From Nannocystis bainbridge (GTDB lineage: Bacteria > Myxococcota_A > Polyangia > Nannocystales > Nannocystaceae): DNA of 64,000 bases. The DNA is taken from contig NZ_JAQNDL010000002.1 of NCBI RefSeq assembly GCF_028368995.1, forward strand, positions 224,001 to 288,000, in the 5' to 3' direction. The notes beneath the pieces are model-generated. The model ran no database searches, was not told the origin of the DNA, and saw nothing but the letters and a program-made list of their open reading frames with translations. The position numbers and the translations under genes were made by a program. Positions 9,757 through 19,000 of this stretch are shown piece by piece; within the stretch, counting starts at the first letter, position 1, and each line of letters opens with the position of its first letter.

Positions 9757-10536
9757 ATGGGCGCCGCGGTGCCGCAGTTCAAGATCAAGTTCGGGGGGCG
9801 CACCTTGTCCCTCCCCACTGGGTCCCACCTGGTCGGGCGCATGAGCGACTGCTTCTTCACGCTCGACGACGACCTGACCTCGCGCTACCACGCGCGCCTG
9901 CACGTGTCCGCCTCGGACCTGCAGGTCGAGGACCTCGACAGCAGCAACGGCACGTTCCTCAACGGCCAACGCCTGCCGGGTCGCGTGAAGACGCAGCTGG
10001 TCCACGGCGACAACCTGAAGATCGGCCGCGAGGTCATCGCCATCCTCAGCGACGGCAGCCAGGCGCCCGTCGACGATCCGATGGACAGCCTGCGCAAGAC
10101 CATCGGCCCGCACGAAGAGACCCAGTTCCCGTCGCTCATCAGCCAGCTGGTCCAGAAGAGCCTCAACATGGGCAAGATCAAGGAGGCGGAGCGCTACGCG
10201 CTCGCGCTGACCAATCAGCTCATGGGCTCGAGCGTGCCGGTCGATCACCCCACGGCCAGGTCGTGCGTGGTGTGCCTGATCGCCCTGGCCCAAAAGTCAT
10301 CCTCGGGCGTGTGGCTCGACCGCGTGTTCCGCCTGCACGCCGTGCACGGGTGGCTGATGCCCGACGAGATCATCGAGCAGCTCCGCGGCGCGCTCGACCG
10401 CATCACGCGGATCCCCGGCACCGGCCTCGAGGACTACGAGCGCACGCTGCGAGAGATGGCCCGCGACGGCGTCGACGTGCCGCGCGGGTTGATGTCGACG
10501 ATCGCCGAGTTCAGCGACGCCTTCGGCGGGCCCTGA
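9757..10536 (+). CDS. FHA domain protein
   Basis: VGRMSDC, SRYHARL, EDLDSSNGTFLNG, LVHGDNLKIG FHA motifs. Confidence 0.92.
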   Translation: MGAAVPQFKIKFGGRTLSLPTGSHLVGRMSDCFFTLDDDLTSRYHARLHVSASDLQVEDLDSSNGTFLNGQRLPGRVKTQLVHGDNLKIGREVIAILSDGSQAPVDDPMDSLRKTIGPHEETQFPSLISQLVQKSLNMGKIKEAERYALALTNQLMGSSVPVDHPTARSCVVCLIALAQKSSSGVWLDRVFRLHAVHGWLMPDEIIEQLRGALDRITRIPGTGLEDYERTLREMARDGVDVPRGLMSTIAEFSDAFGGP

Positions 10537-10556
10537 GCTTCTTCAGCGGGTGAGCG

Positions 10557-10588
10557 GCGTAAGCCGTCGCAAGCGACGCGACGCTTAC
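10557..10588. terminator. Hairpin downstream of FHA gene (possible terminator)
   Basis: CGTAAGC-CGTCGC-AA-GCGACG-...-GCTTACG stem-loop; no U-tract. Confidence 0.4.
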
Positions 10589-10661
10589 GGTGCGCGTCGT
10601 CCTGCAAGATTGTGCGCGTGCATGGAGCACGCGCCGACGTGCTTGAGAGCGACATCCCCAC

Positions 10662-11238
10662 GCGTGCATCGTCCGCTTCCGATGCGGCGTGTGCTCGCAT
10701 CGAGGATGCGTCGTTATGCTCGGTGATTGAGAAGCAGCGATCAGGGCGTCGTTCTCCTCCGATGCGGCGGGCGCTCGCATCGAGGATGCGTCGTCATGCT
10801 CGGTGATTGAGAAGGAACGACGACCTTGTCGCGTGCGTCGTCCGCTTCCGATGCTGCGGGCGCTCGCATCGAGGATGCGTCGTCATGCTCGGTGATCGAG
10901 AAGGAGCGACCACGGCGTCGTCCTCCTTCGATGCGGCGGGCGCTCGCATCGAGGATGCGTCGTCATCCTCCGCCTCTGATGCGGCGGGCGCTCGCATCGA
11001 GGATGCGTCGTCATCCTCCGCCTCCGATGCGGCGGGCGCTCGCATCGAAGATGCGTCGTCATGCTCGGTGATTGAGAAGGAGCGATCACGGCGTCGTCCT
11101 CCTCCGATGCGGCGGGCGCTCGCATCGAGGATGCGTCGTCATGCTCGGTGAGTGAGAAGGAGCGACGATGTCGTCGCGTGCGTCGTCCGCTTCCGATGCT
11201 GCGGGCGCTCGCATCGAGGATGCGTCGGCATGCTCGGT
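10662..11238. repeat. Intergenic array of 8 REP-like palindromic units (BIME-like)
   Basis: Core CGATGCGGCGGGCGCTCGCATCG-AGGATGCGTCGTCAT at about 10680, 10760, 10849, 10929, 10977, 11025, 11105, 11194; spacings 80, 89, 80, 48, 48, 80, 89. Confidence 0.9.
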
Positions 11239-11284
11239 AGGTGAGAGCAGCTCACCATGCGCATGAAGCTCGTCGGATGACGAC

Positions 11285-11334
11285 AGCACCGATCCGGAGC
11301 GAGCAGGTGCAGCTCGCTCGTCAGGATCGGTGCT
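11285..11334. terminator. Long hairpin just past the 3' end of the minus-strand TPR gene
   Basis: AGCACCGATCC..GAGCGAGC / GCTCGCTC..GGATCGGTGCT inverted repeat between convergent genes. Confidence 0.55.
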
Positions 11335-11366
11335 CACGGCGGCGCGGCCCGTGACGGGCGCGGCGC

Positions 11367-12869
11367 TCAGGAGTGCATGCGCTTCTTCTTGCGCCGGCGC
11401 CGACGCGGGGCCGTGGCCTCGTCCTCTTCGACCGCGGGCGGCGGCGGCGGCAGCGGTTCGTCGTCGGCGAAGTCGACGTCGGCGGCGAGCGGGGGCAGGC
11501 CGAGGCGGTCGCGGCGGGCGTCGCTGAGCTGGAAGAAGTTGGCCAGTTCCTCGAGCACGGCGAAGCGCAGCTCGTGGTCGAACTGCTCGGCCGAGCGGGC
11601 CAGGCGGACCAGGTTGCGGCGGTAGATCGCGAGGCCGGTCAGCTCGGGCGGCTCGTCGTCGGAGCCGCCGCGGGTGGCCAGACTGAGCGCGCTGATCCGC
11701 GGGTCGACGCCCTCGAGCACCAGCTCGAGCGACGGTACCTCGTGGACCAGCAGCACCAGCGCGGCGCGGCGCTGGCCGAGCTCGCGCAGGGTCTCGTCGG
11801 GGCAGTTGCTGAGGATCTGCACCACCTTGCGGTGCAGCTGCGCCGGGCTCGGCAGCCACTTCGGCGGCGCGTGGTTTTGGTCGAGCCGGTACACGCGCAG
11901 GGCCGCGTGGCAGGCCGCGCGGGCGTCACCGCGGGCGTACTCGGCCTCGCTCAGCAGGTGCCAGGCGTCGCCGTTGTTGGGGAACCGCTCGGCCGCGGCG
12001 CGCAGGGCCGGCAGGGCCGACTCGGGTACGCCGAGGTCGAGCCACAGCCGGCACATGCGCAGGATGAACTGCAGCACGCGCTGGACCTGGGCGCCGCGCT
12101 CCTCTTCGTCGAGCGGCTCGCCGTCCTCGTCCTCGTCGAGCTCGGCCACCGCGGCTTCGGCGGCCTCGGCGGCCTCGGCGGCCTCGGCGGCCTCCTCGGC
12201 GTCGACGGCTTCACCGTCGCCGCCGGCCTTCGCCTCGCTGTCCTCGCGCACGATCACCGGACGCCGGCGGCGACGCTTGACCGAGCCGTCGAGCTCGAGG
12301 TCGGACGCCTGCGTCGAGGATGAACTCAAGGACATGTCCTCTTCGCCAGCCTCGATGTCGCCGGCCTCGAGCGACGCGTTCAGGATCGCGGAGAACAGCG
12401 GGTGCTCGCGCAGCGCGTCGAGGCGGGCGCGGGCCTCCTCGTCGCGGCCGAGCGAGACCAGGCACTCGGCGCCGAGCAGCTCGAGGTCGAGGGCGTCGAT
12501 GGCGCTGACCGACTCGACGCCGAGGCCGTCGTCGCAGAACTGCAGGGCGCGCGCGGAGTCGCCGAGGTCGAACAGGGCGATCTGGGCGGCAGCGGCGTAG
12601 GGCTCGAAGTAGTCGGGGTCGAGCTCGATCGCCTGGTCGTACCAGCGCAGGCTCTCGACCGGGTCGCCCTCGGCGAGTGCGATCGCGCCGAGCAGCACCG
12701 CGGCGTCGGGCGCGTCGGGGCGGATCCGCTGGGCCTGCAGCGCCGACTGGCGCGCGGCCTCGTAGTCGGCGCGATCGAGCAGAGACCAGCCACGGTCGAG
12801 ATGGGCCGCGTAACGGCTGGTCTCGCCGAAGCCGGAGTCGTCGAGGTCTTCCCCGTCGCCGATCGACAT
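11367..12869 (-). CDS. TPR protein with C-terminal zincin-like (Zincin_1/DUF1025-type) domain
   Basis: N-terminal TPRs; C-terminal ...VHEVPSLELV..GVDPRI...LAIYRRNLVRLARSAEQFDHELRFAVLEELANFF typical of myxobacterial TPR-zincin proteins. ATG at 12869. Confidence 0.75.
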   Translation of the reverse strand: MSIGDGEDLDDSGFGETSRYAAHLDRGWSLLDRADYEAARQSALQAQRIRPDAPDAAVLLGAIALAEGDPVESLRWYDQAIELDPDYFEPYAAAAQIALFDLGDSARALQFCDDGLGVESVSAIDALDLELLGAECLVSLGRDEEARARLDALREHPLFSAILNASLEAGDIEAGEEDMSLSSSSTQASDLELDGSVKRRRRRPVIVREDSEAKAGGDGEAVDAEEAAEAAEAAEAAEAAVAELDEDEDGEPLDEEERGAQVQRVLQFILRMCRLWLDLGVPESALPALRAAAERFPNNGDAWHLLSEAEYARGDARAACHAALRVYRLDQNHAPPKWLPSPAQLHRKVVQILSNCPDETLRELGQRRAALVLLVHEVPSLELVLEGVDPRISALSLATRGGSDDEPPELTGLAIYRRNLVRLARSAEQFDHELRFAVLEELANFFQLSDARRDRLGLPPLAADVDFADDEPLPPPPPAVEEDEATAPRRRRRKKKRMHS

Positions 12870-12990
12870 GCCCGCTCCGTATAGCACGCCGTGCCATGGT
12901 TCGGACGGGGCGCGCGCGCGGCCGAGGTCGCCGCGGACGCATGGCCGATTGCTTGGGCCCGTCGACGCGGCCGGCGTATGCTCGCGGGCC

Positions 12991-14817
12991 ATGAGCCGAT
13001 TGCCCGCACGTTCGCGACCGGGTGCGCCGGGCCCGAGGGTCCTCAAGCCGCGCGGAGGCTCGCTCGGGCGAGCGCTCCTTCACACCGCCGTGATGGTCGC
13101 CGTGCTCGGCGCCTGTCGTGGATCGCAGGCGGTCGGTCCGGCGGGGCAGGCGACGCGCAGCGTCGATCCCGGCCAGGTCGATCCGGCGTTTCAGGGCGAA
13201 TGGGACGCCGTGCAGGCCGCCCACGAGAAGGACCCGAGCGGGGCCGCGGTCGTCGAAGCGGCCGATCGTCTGCTCGCCCGCGACCCGCCGCTCAACCTGC
13301 GGCTGGCCGCACAACAGTTGAAGGCCGACGCGAACCTCGAGCGCGGAGACTACGCGGCGGCGCTGACCTCGGCGCGCGCGGGTCTCGAGGACGTGGCGAA
13401 GGTCCGTGCGAAGGGGACCGATCTCGCTCCGCCCGAGCGCGAGCTGGCCGAGGACCTCGGTCGCACCCGCGCGCTCGCCGAAGCCGAGGTCGGGGATCCA
13501 CAAGCGGCCCTGCAGGCCATCGCCGCGGCGACCCGCGGCGACCGCGGTCCAGATCTCCTCGCCGCGACCGCGCGAGCGCGCGAGCGCCTCGGCGACCGGG
13601 CAGGCGCGGCGCTGGCCTACGCGCAGTGGCGCGAGGTCGTGCCCGACGGCAGCGCCGCGGCCGCGCTCGCCGAGGCTCGCATGCGCGAGCAGTGGCGCGG
13701 CCTCGACGCGAGCGCGCTCGAGGAGGCGGCGCGCACGGCCGCCGGGACCGCGGCCGCGCAGTGCCTGCTGGTGCGCGCCGGTCGAAGCGCGCCGGCGGGC
13801 GCTCCGGCGTGGGTCGGCGGCTGTCAGGCGGCGAGCGCCGGCGGGCCGCCGCGGATCGGGCTGCTGCTGCCGCGCTCGGGCAAGTTCGCCGGGCTGGCCG
13901 ACGTGCAGCTGGCGGCCGCGACCGCGGCGGTGCGGGTATTGGCCGGGCCGGCCGGACGCGGCCTGCAGGTCGCTTGGGAGGATGCCGGCTCGAGCCCGGC
14001 CGAGGCCAAGCAGGCCGCCGCGGCGCTGCTCGCCTCGGGCGCCTCGGTGCTGGTCGGCCCGGTCGGCCCCGGCAACGTCGAGGCCGCCGCCGAGGTCGCC
14101 GCCGCCAGCGGCGGCCGGGCCCGGCTGGTGGTCCCGGGGGAGGGCGCAGGTCAGGTCGTCGGGGTCGCACCGACGATCGAGGCCCGCGCCGCCGCGCTCG
14201 CCCAGGCCGTGGGCCGCGCGAACCGCACGACTGCGGTGATCCTCGCGCCCGACAACGCGTACGGCAAACGCGCCGTGGCGGCTTTCGAGAAATCACTTCC
14301 GAAGATGGGGGTGAAGTCTCTGAAAACAATCTACTATCCGGCCAACACGACAAGCTTCAGCAAGATCCTCGACCCGGTCCGCTCGAGCCTGAAGACGGCG
14401 GCGGTGCTGATCCCCGACCAACTCGGGCGGGTCGAGCTGGTGGTCCGGCAGATGGTCCGCGACGGCGTGGTCGTCGAGCGCGCCAAGCAGCCCGGGGTGC
14501 CGGTGCTGACGACCGCGGAGGGCTGCTCGCCCGAGGCGATCGGGGCCGGGCACGAGGTGCTGGAGGGCGTCCTGGTGGCGCCCGCGGGCTGGGAGACGCC
14601 CGAGGCGGCCGGCTTCACCGAGGCGTACACGGCGATGGAGGGCTCGGGGCCGCCGGACCAGGCGTGGCTGGTCTACCGCGCGGTCGCCCAGGCATGGGCC
14701 GGCGGCGACGCGGCGCCCCCTCCCGCGGCGGCCGTGCTCAGGGTAGAAAGCGGTCGCTTTGTCGCGACCGAATCGGCCGTCTCGCTCACTCCCGCGGAGC
14801 GCCCCCAGGGCCGCTGA
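12991..14817 (+). CDS. LpoA-like lipoprotein (helical N-terminus + periplasmic-binding-protein type 1 domain)
   Basis: Lipobox VLGAC; RIGLLLPRSGKFAGLA, VLVGPVG, AVILAPDNAYGKR motifs. Confidence 0.75.
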   Translation: MSRLPARSRPGAPGPRVLKPRGGSLGRALLHTAVMVAVLGACRGSQAVGPAGQATRSVDPGQVDPAFQGEWDAVQAAHEKDPSGAAVVEAADRLLARDPPLNLRLAAQQLKADANLERGDYAAALTSARAGLEDVAKVRAKGTDLAPPERELAEDLGRTRALAEAEVGDPQAALQAIAAATRGDRGPDLLAATARARERLGDRAGAALAYAQWREVVPDGSAAAALAEARMREQWRGLDASALEEAARTAAGTAAAQCLLVRAGRSAPAGAPAWVGGCQAASAGGPPRIGLLLPRSGKFAGLADVQLAAATAAVRVLAGPAGRGLQVAWEDAGSSPAEAKQAAAALLASGASVLVGPVGPGNVEAAAEVAAASGGRARLVVPGEGAGQVVGVAPTIEARAAALAQAVGRANRTTAVILAPDNAYGKRAVAAFEKSLPKMGVKSLKTIYYPANTTSFSKILDPVRSSLKTAAVLIPDQLGRVELVVRQMVRDGVVVERAKQPGVPVLTTAEGCSPEAIGAGHEVLEGVLVAPAGWETPEAAGFTEAYTAMEGSGPPDQAWLVYRAVAQAWAGGDAAPPPAAAVLRVESGRFVATESAVSLTPAERPQGR

Positions 14818-15901
14818 CGCGCCGTCCGGCCCGGGCCGGCGCGGTCCTCATGGCGCACCGGCAGAGGCCGGTCGGGGCTCTCGCGCCCGACCCGAAGCCC
14901 AGCCGGAGCGCGGGCACGGAGCCCAAGGCTCGCCGGAGCGTGGCCGTGGGGCCCAGGGCTCGCCAGAGCGTGGCCGTGGGGCCCAGGGCTCGCCGGAGCG
15001 TGGCCGCGGGCCGCAGCCCGGGTCGCGCGACGGCCAGCACGGGCGGCCAGATCCGCGCGGGCGTGACGGTCAGCGCGGCCGTTCGGAGGGCCCGGAGCGG
15101 GGCCCTGGAGCGCGTGCGGGCGACAGGCCCTCGCTCGGGCGCGACGACTACCTCGTGCCCGGCGAGCGGGCCGTCGTCGAGCTGCTGCGCGGCGCCCCGG
15201 CGCGGGTCAGGCGGATCCTCGTGCTGCCCGGGCACGAGCTCGAGCTGCGGCGTCACGCGCCGTCCGGCGTCACGATCGATGTCTGTACACTGGACGCGAT
15301 CGCCGCGGTGATCTCGCCCGAGCTGGCGCGGGGGGTCGTGGCGATCGCCCGTCCGCCGCGCGCCTGGGACCTTGAAGAGCTGCTCGAACTCAAGCCACCC
15401 AAAGGTGCCAAACAACTGTTGATTGCGCTCGATGGAGTGCAAGATCCACACAACCTCGGGGCGATCGTGCGGAGCGCTGAATTCTTCGGCGCGACTGGGG
15501 TGTTCTGGGCCCGTGACCGGTCGGTGGCGGTGACGCCGACGGTGGTGCGGGCGTCGGCGGGGGCGACCGAGAGGTTGCCGCTGGGGCAGGTGACGAACCT
15601 GGCGCGCGCGCTGGCGCGGGCCAAGGAGCTCGGCTTCTGGGTGGTCGGCACGGTTGCCGAGGCCGGCGCGGACCTGCGCCGACTGGCCGCGGACGGCATG
15701 CCGGACGCGCTGGTGCTGGTGCTCGGCAGCGAGGGGTCAGGGCTGCGCCGGTTGACGCGTGACTCCTGTGATTTTCTCGCGACCATTCCGGGCGCGGGCG
15801 GAGTCGCGTCGCTCAACGTCTCGGCGGCGGCTGCCGTCGCGCTCGCGACCCTCTGTACGCCGGCGCCGGTCGAGGTCCCGATCGAGCGGGACGGCGGGTG
15901 A
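14759..15901 (+). CDS. rlmB: 23S rRNA (Gm2251) 2'-O-methyltransferase, TrmH/SpoU family
   Basis: ALDGVQDPHNLGAIVRSAEFFG, LVLGSEGSGLRRL, SLNVSAAAAVAL SPOUT motifs; TTG start uncertain; disordered N-terminus. Confidence 0.85.
   Translation: MSRPNRPSRSLPRSAPRAADAPSGPGRRGPHGAPAEAGRGSRARPEAQPERGHGAQGSPERGRGAQGSPERGRGAQGSPERGRGPQPGSRDGQHGRPDPRGRDGQRGRSEGPERGPGARAGDRPSLGRDDYLVPGERAVVELLRGAPARVRRILVLPGHELELRRHAPSGVTIDVCTLDAIAAVISPELARGVVAIARPPRAWDLEELLELKPPKGAKQLLIALDGVQDPHNLGAIVRSAEFFGATGVFWARDRSVAVTPTVVRASAGATERLPLGQVTNLARALARAKELGFWVVGTVAEAGADLRRLAADGMPDALVLVLGSEGSGLRRLTRDSCDFLATIPGAGGVASLNVSAAAAVALATLCTPAPVEVPIERDGG
14902..15010 (+). repeat. 30-bp tandem repeat (~3.6 copies) in rlmB 5' region
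   Basis: gcc(g/a)gagcg at 14902, 14932, 14962, 14992; encodes PERGRGAQGS repeats. Confidence 0.85.
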
Positions 15902-16047
15902 ATCCGGGGGAGTCCGAGTCGCCCCGCGATTTCGCGGCCGGCTGCTTTAGGACCTAGCGAAGCAGGCAAATCTTCGCCACCCTATGGCAGCCTTCGCATG
16001 CCGCTCGCACGGCAGACGCCCCGCGGCGTCGCCCCTTGAGGCTTTCT

Positions 16048-19000
16048 ATGTCCGAACTCCGCTCCGTCCTGTTTCAGTTCCTGACCCAACCGTCTGACCC
16101 GGCACGGCGCAGTGAACTCGCCGCCTCGTTGGCTTCGGTCGACCTGGCGACGGCGCGCGCCGAGGCCAAGCAGGACCCCGGCTCCGGGGACGCCGCCGCG
16201 AAGGTCGTCGGCCGCATGATCCTCGACGGCGCCAGCAACGAAGAGGTCGTCGAGGTCGCCAAGCTGGCGGCGCAGAAAGCTCCGCGCGAGGGCGCCGGCA
16301 ACGACGTGGCCCTGCTCGCGGGCGTGGTGGTGTGGCGGCTGTCGAACCAGGCGACCCAGGCCGAGCCTTACTTCCGCCGGGTCCGCCGCAACGAGCCCGC
16401 CAATCCCCAGATCCTCGCCTTTTATCGCGAGATGTTCTCCGCCGACGCGGACGCGAGCCAGCTCATGCAGGTGCTGGTGCAGGCGCGCCGCTCGCTGAAG
16501 AAGGAAGACACCGACCAGCGCTTCGCGCTCGCCCACGAGATGGCGGACCTCGCCGAGAAGAAGCTCGGCAGCATCGACCGCGCGATCGAGGTCTGGCGCT
16601 CGGTGCTGCGCGAGGACGGCTACGACCCGCGGGCCGCCAAGGCGCTCGAGCGGCTGTACCGCGAGGGGCAGAAGTGGACGGCGCTGGTCGAGCTGTTGAA
16701 GGAAGAGTTCGACCGCGTCCAGGACCGGCCCGAAAACCGTGACGAGCGGATCGGACGTCTGCTCGAGATCGCGGAGCTGTACCGCGACCAGCTGCGCCTC
16801 GACGCCATGGCGCTGTCGATGCTGCAGCGGATCCTCGAGATCAACCCGCGCCACGCCGCCACCATCAAGGCGCTGGCCGACACCTACGGCGCGTCGGGCC
16901 GGTGGAACGACCTGCTCACCGTCTACGGCCGCCTGCTGGACGCCGCGCGCGCCGAGAAGGATGTCCCGCGCCAGATCGACATGCTGCGCCGGGTCTCGAG
17001 CATCTGGGTCGACCAGCTCGACAACACCAGCAAGGGTATGGAGCCGCTCCACGAGGCGCTGCGGCTCGGGCCCGACGACCGTGAGACCCGCGACGCGCTG
17101 GCCCGCATCCACGAGCTGCGCAAGGACTGGCGCGCCCTCATCGACCTGCGCAGGGACGAGCTGGCGGGCGCCAGCGGCGAGCGGGCCTGCGAGCTGCGCA
17201 TCGCCCTCGCGCGCATCGCCGAGGACAAGCTGAACGACCGCGCAGAGGCGATCGCGGGCTGGCGCGAGGTGCTGGCGCAGCACGGCGAGGTCGAGGAGGC
17301 CTTCGTCGCGCTCATCGACCTCTACGAGCGCGAGGGCCGGTGGTCCGAGGCGACCGACATCCTCCGCCGCCAGATCGACGCCGCCGCCGCGCCGGTGCGC
17401 AAGGTCGAGCTGCTGGGCCGCCTGGCCCACTTGCAGGCCGATCGGCTCGGCCAGCCCGAGGCCGCGATCGAGACCTGGGCCGCGGTGGCGCGGCTCGATC
17501 CGAGCCACCACGAGGCCAGCGAGGCGCTGCGCGCGGCCTACGTCGCCGCCGGCCGCTGGGACGACCTGGTCGCCCTCTACGACGCGCAGGGTCGCCTCGG
17601 TGACGTGCTCGACGTGCTCTACGCCGCGGCCGAGCAGCTTACCGACGAGGACCCGAGGATCGCGCTGTACCAGCGGATCGCCGGCCTCGCGCAGGGCCGC
17701 CTCGGCGCGGCCGAGCGCGGGCTGGAGGCGCTCGAGCGGGTGCTGGCGCTGCGCCCGGGCGACCTGGCGGTGGCCCGCGAGCTGCTGCCGATCTACCGCG
17801 AGCAGGGCAGCTGGCACCGCATGCTGGCGACCTACGAGGTGCTGCTGGCCGGCGTGAGCGACGACGACGACCGCCTCGAGCTGCTCGCGGTGATGCGCGA
17901 CATCGCCCTGCAGAAGCTGAGCGACCCCAAGCTGGCGCTGCAGTGGGCGGCGCGGGCCTACGAGCTGCGGCCGACCGACGGGGTGCTGCGCGCCGGGCTC
18001 GAGGCCGCGGCCGGGCGGGCCGATGGTTGGTCCGAGCTGAGCGCGATCTACGAGCGCCGGATCGCCGCGGCCGACTGTGACAACGGCGAGCGGCTCGAGC
18101 TGCTCGACAAGCTGGCGACGATCGCCCGCGAGCGGCTCGGCGAGCCGCTCGAGGCGCAGCGGTTCTTCCGCCAGATCCTCGACCTCGACCCGGCCAACAA
18201 GGTCGCCCACGCGGCGCTCGAGGAGATCTACACCGCGACGTCGCGCTGGGCCGACCTCGCCGGCGTGTTCCTCATCCGGCTGTCGGTGACCCGCGAGAAC
18301 AACGTGCGCCTGCCGCTGCTGCGCCGCGTCGGCGCGCTGCAGGAGCACAAGGTCGGCGACCTCGACGCCGCGATCGAGACCTACCGCGAGATCGTCGGCA
18401 TCGCCGCCGGCGACGGCGAGGCCCTCGACGCGCTGACCCGGCTGTACCGCGCGCGCGGCCGCTGGGCCGAGCTGGCCGAGGTGCTGCAGCGGCGGCTCGA
18501 CTCCGGCGAGTTCCGCGGCGAGCAAATCCCGGTGCTGTTCGAGCTGTCGCAGCTGCACGCGACCCGCCTGCTCGACTCGCAAAAGGCGATCGCCGGCTTC
18601 CTGCAGATCCTCGCCGTCGAGCCCGATCACCTGCCGACGATCGACGCGCTCGAGGTGCTGCGCCGCGCCGACCCGTCGAGCGCGCTCGCCATCATGCGCG
18701 GGCTGCTGCCGTACTACCGCAGCATCCACGACCACGGCCGCGAGGCCGAGGCGATGGAGGTCATCACCATGGCCGAGCCCGACGCCGCCACGCGGGCGAG
18801 CGGCCTCTCGAGCCTGGCCGCACTGTACAGCCAGATGGAGGGCCGTCGCGCCGACGCGCTGCGGGTCCGTCGCGAGCTGTTCGTGATGAACCCCGAGGAC
18901 GCGGAGCTGCGCGGCGAGGTCGAGCGGACCGGCCGCGAGCTGCAGCGCATGGACCTGGTCGCCGGCGCGTATGGGCAGATCCTGCAGAACATGCGCCGGG

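Noticed and set aside
10662-11238. CRISPR array
   Set aside because: Inter-repeat segments recur rather than being unique spacers, lengths vary from 48 to 89 bp, and no cas genes or AT-rich leader are present.
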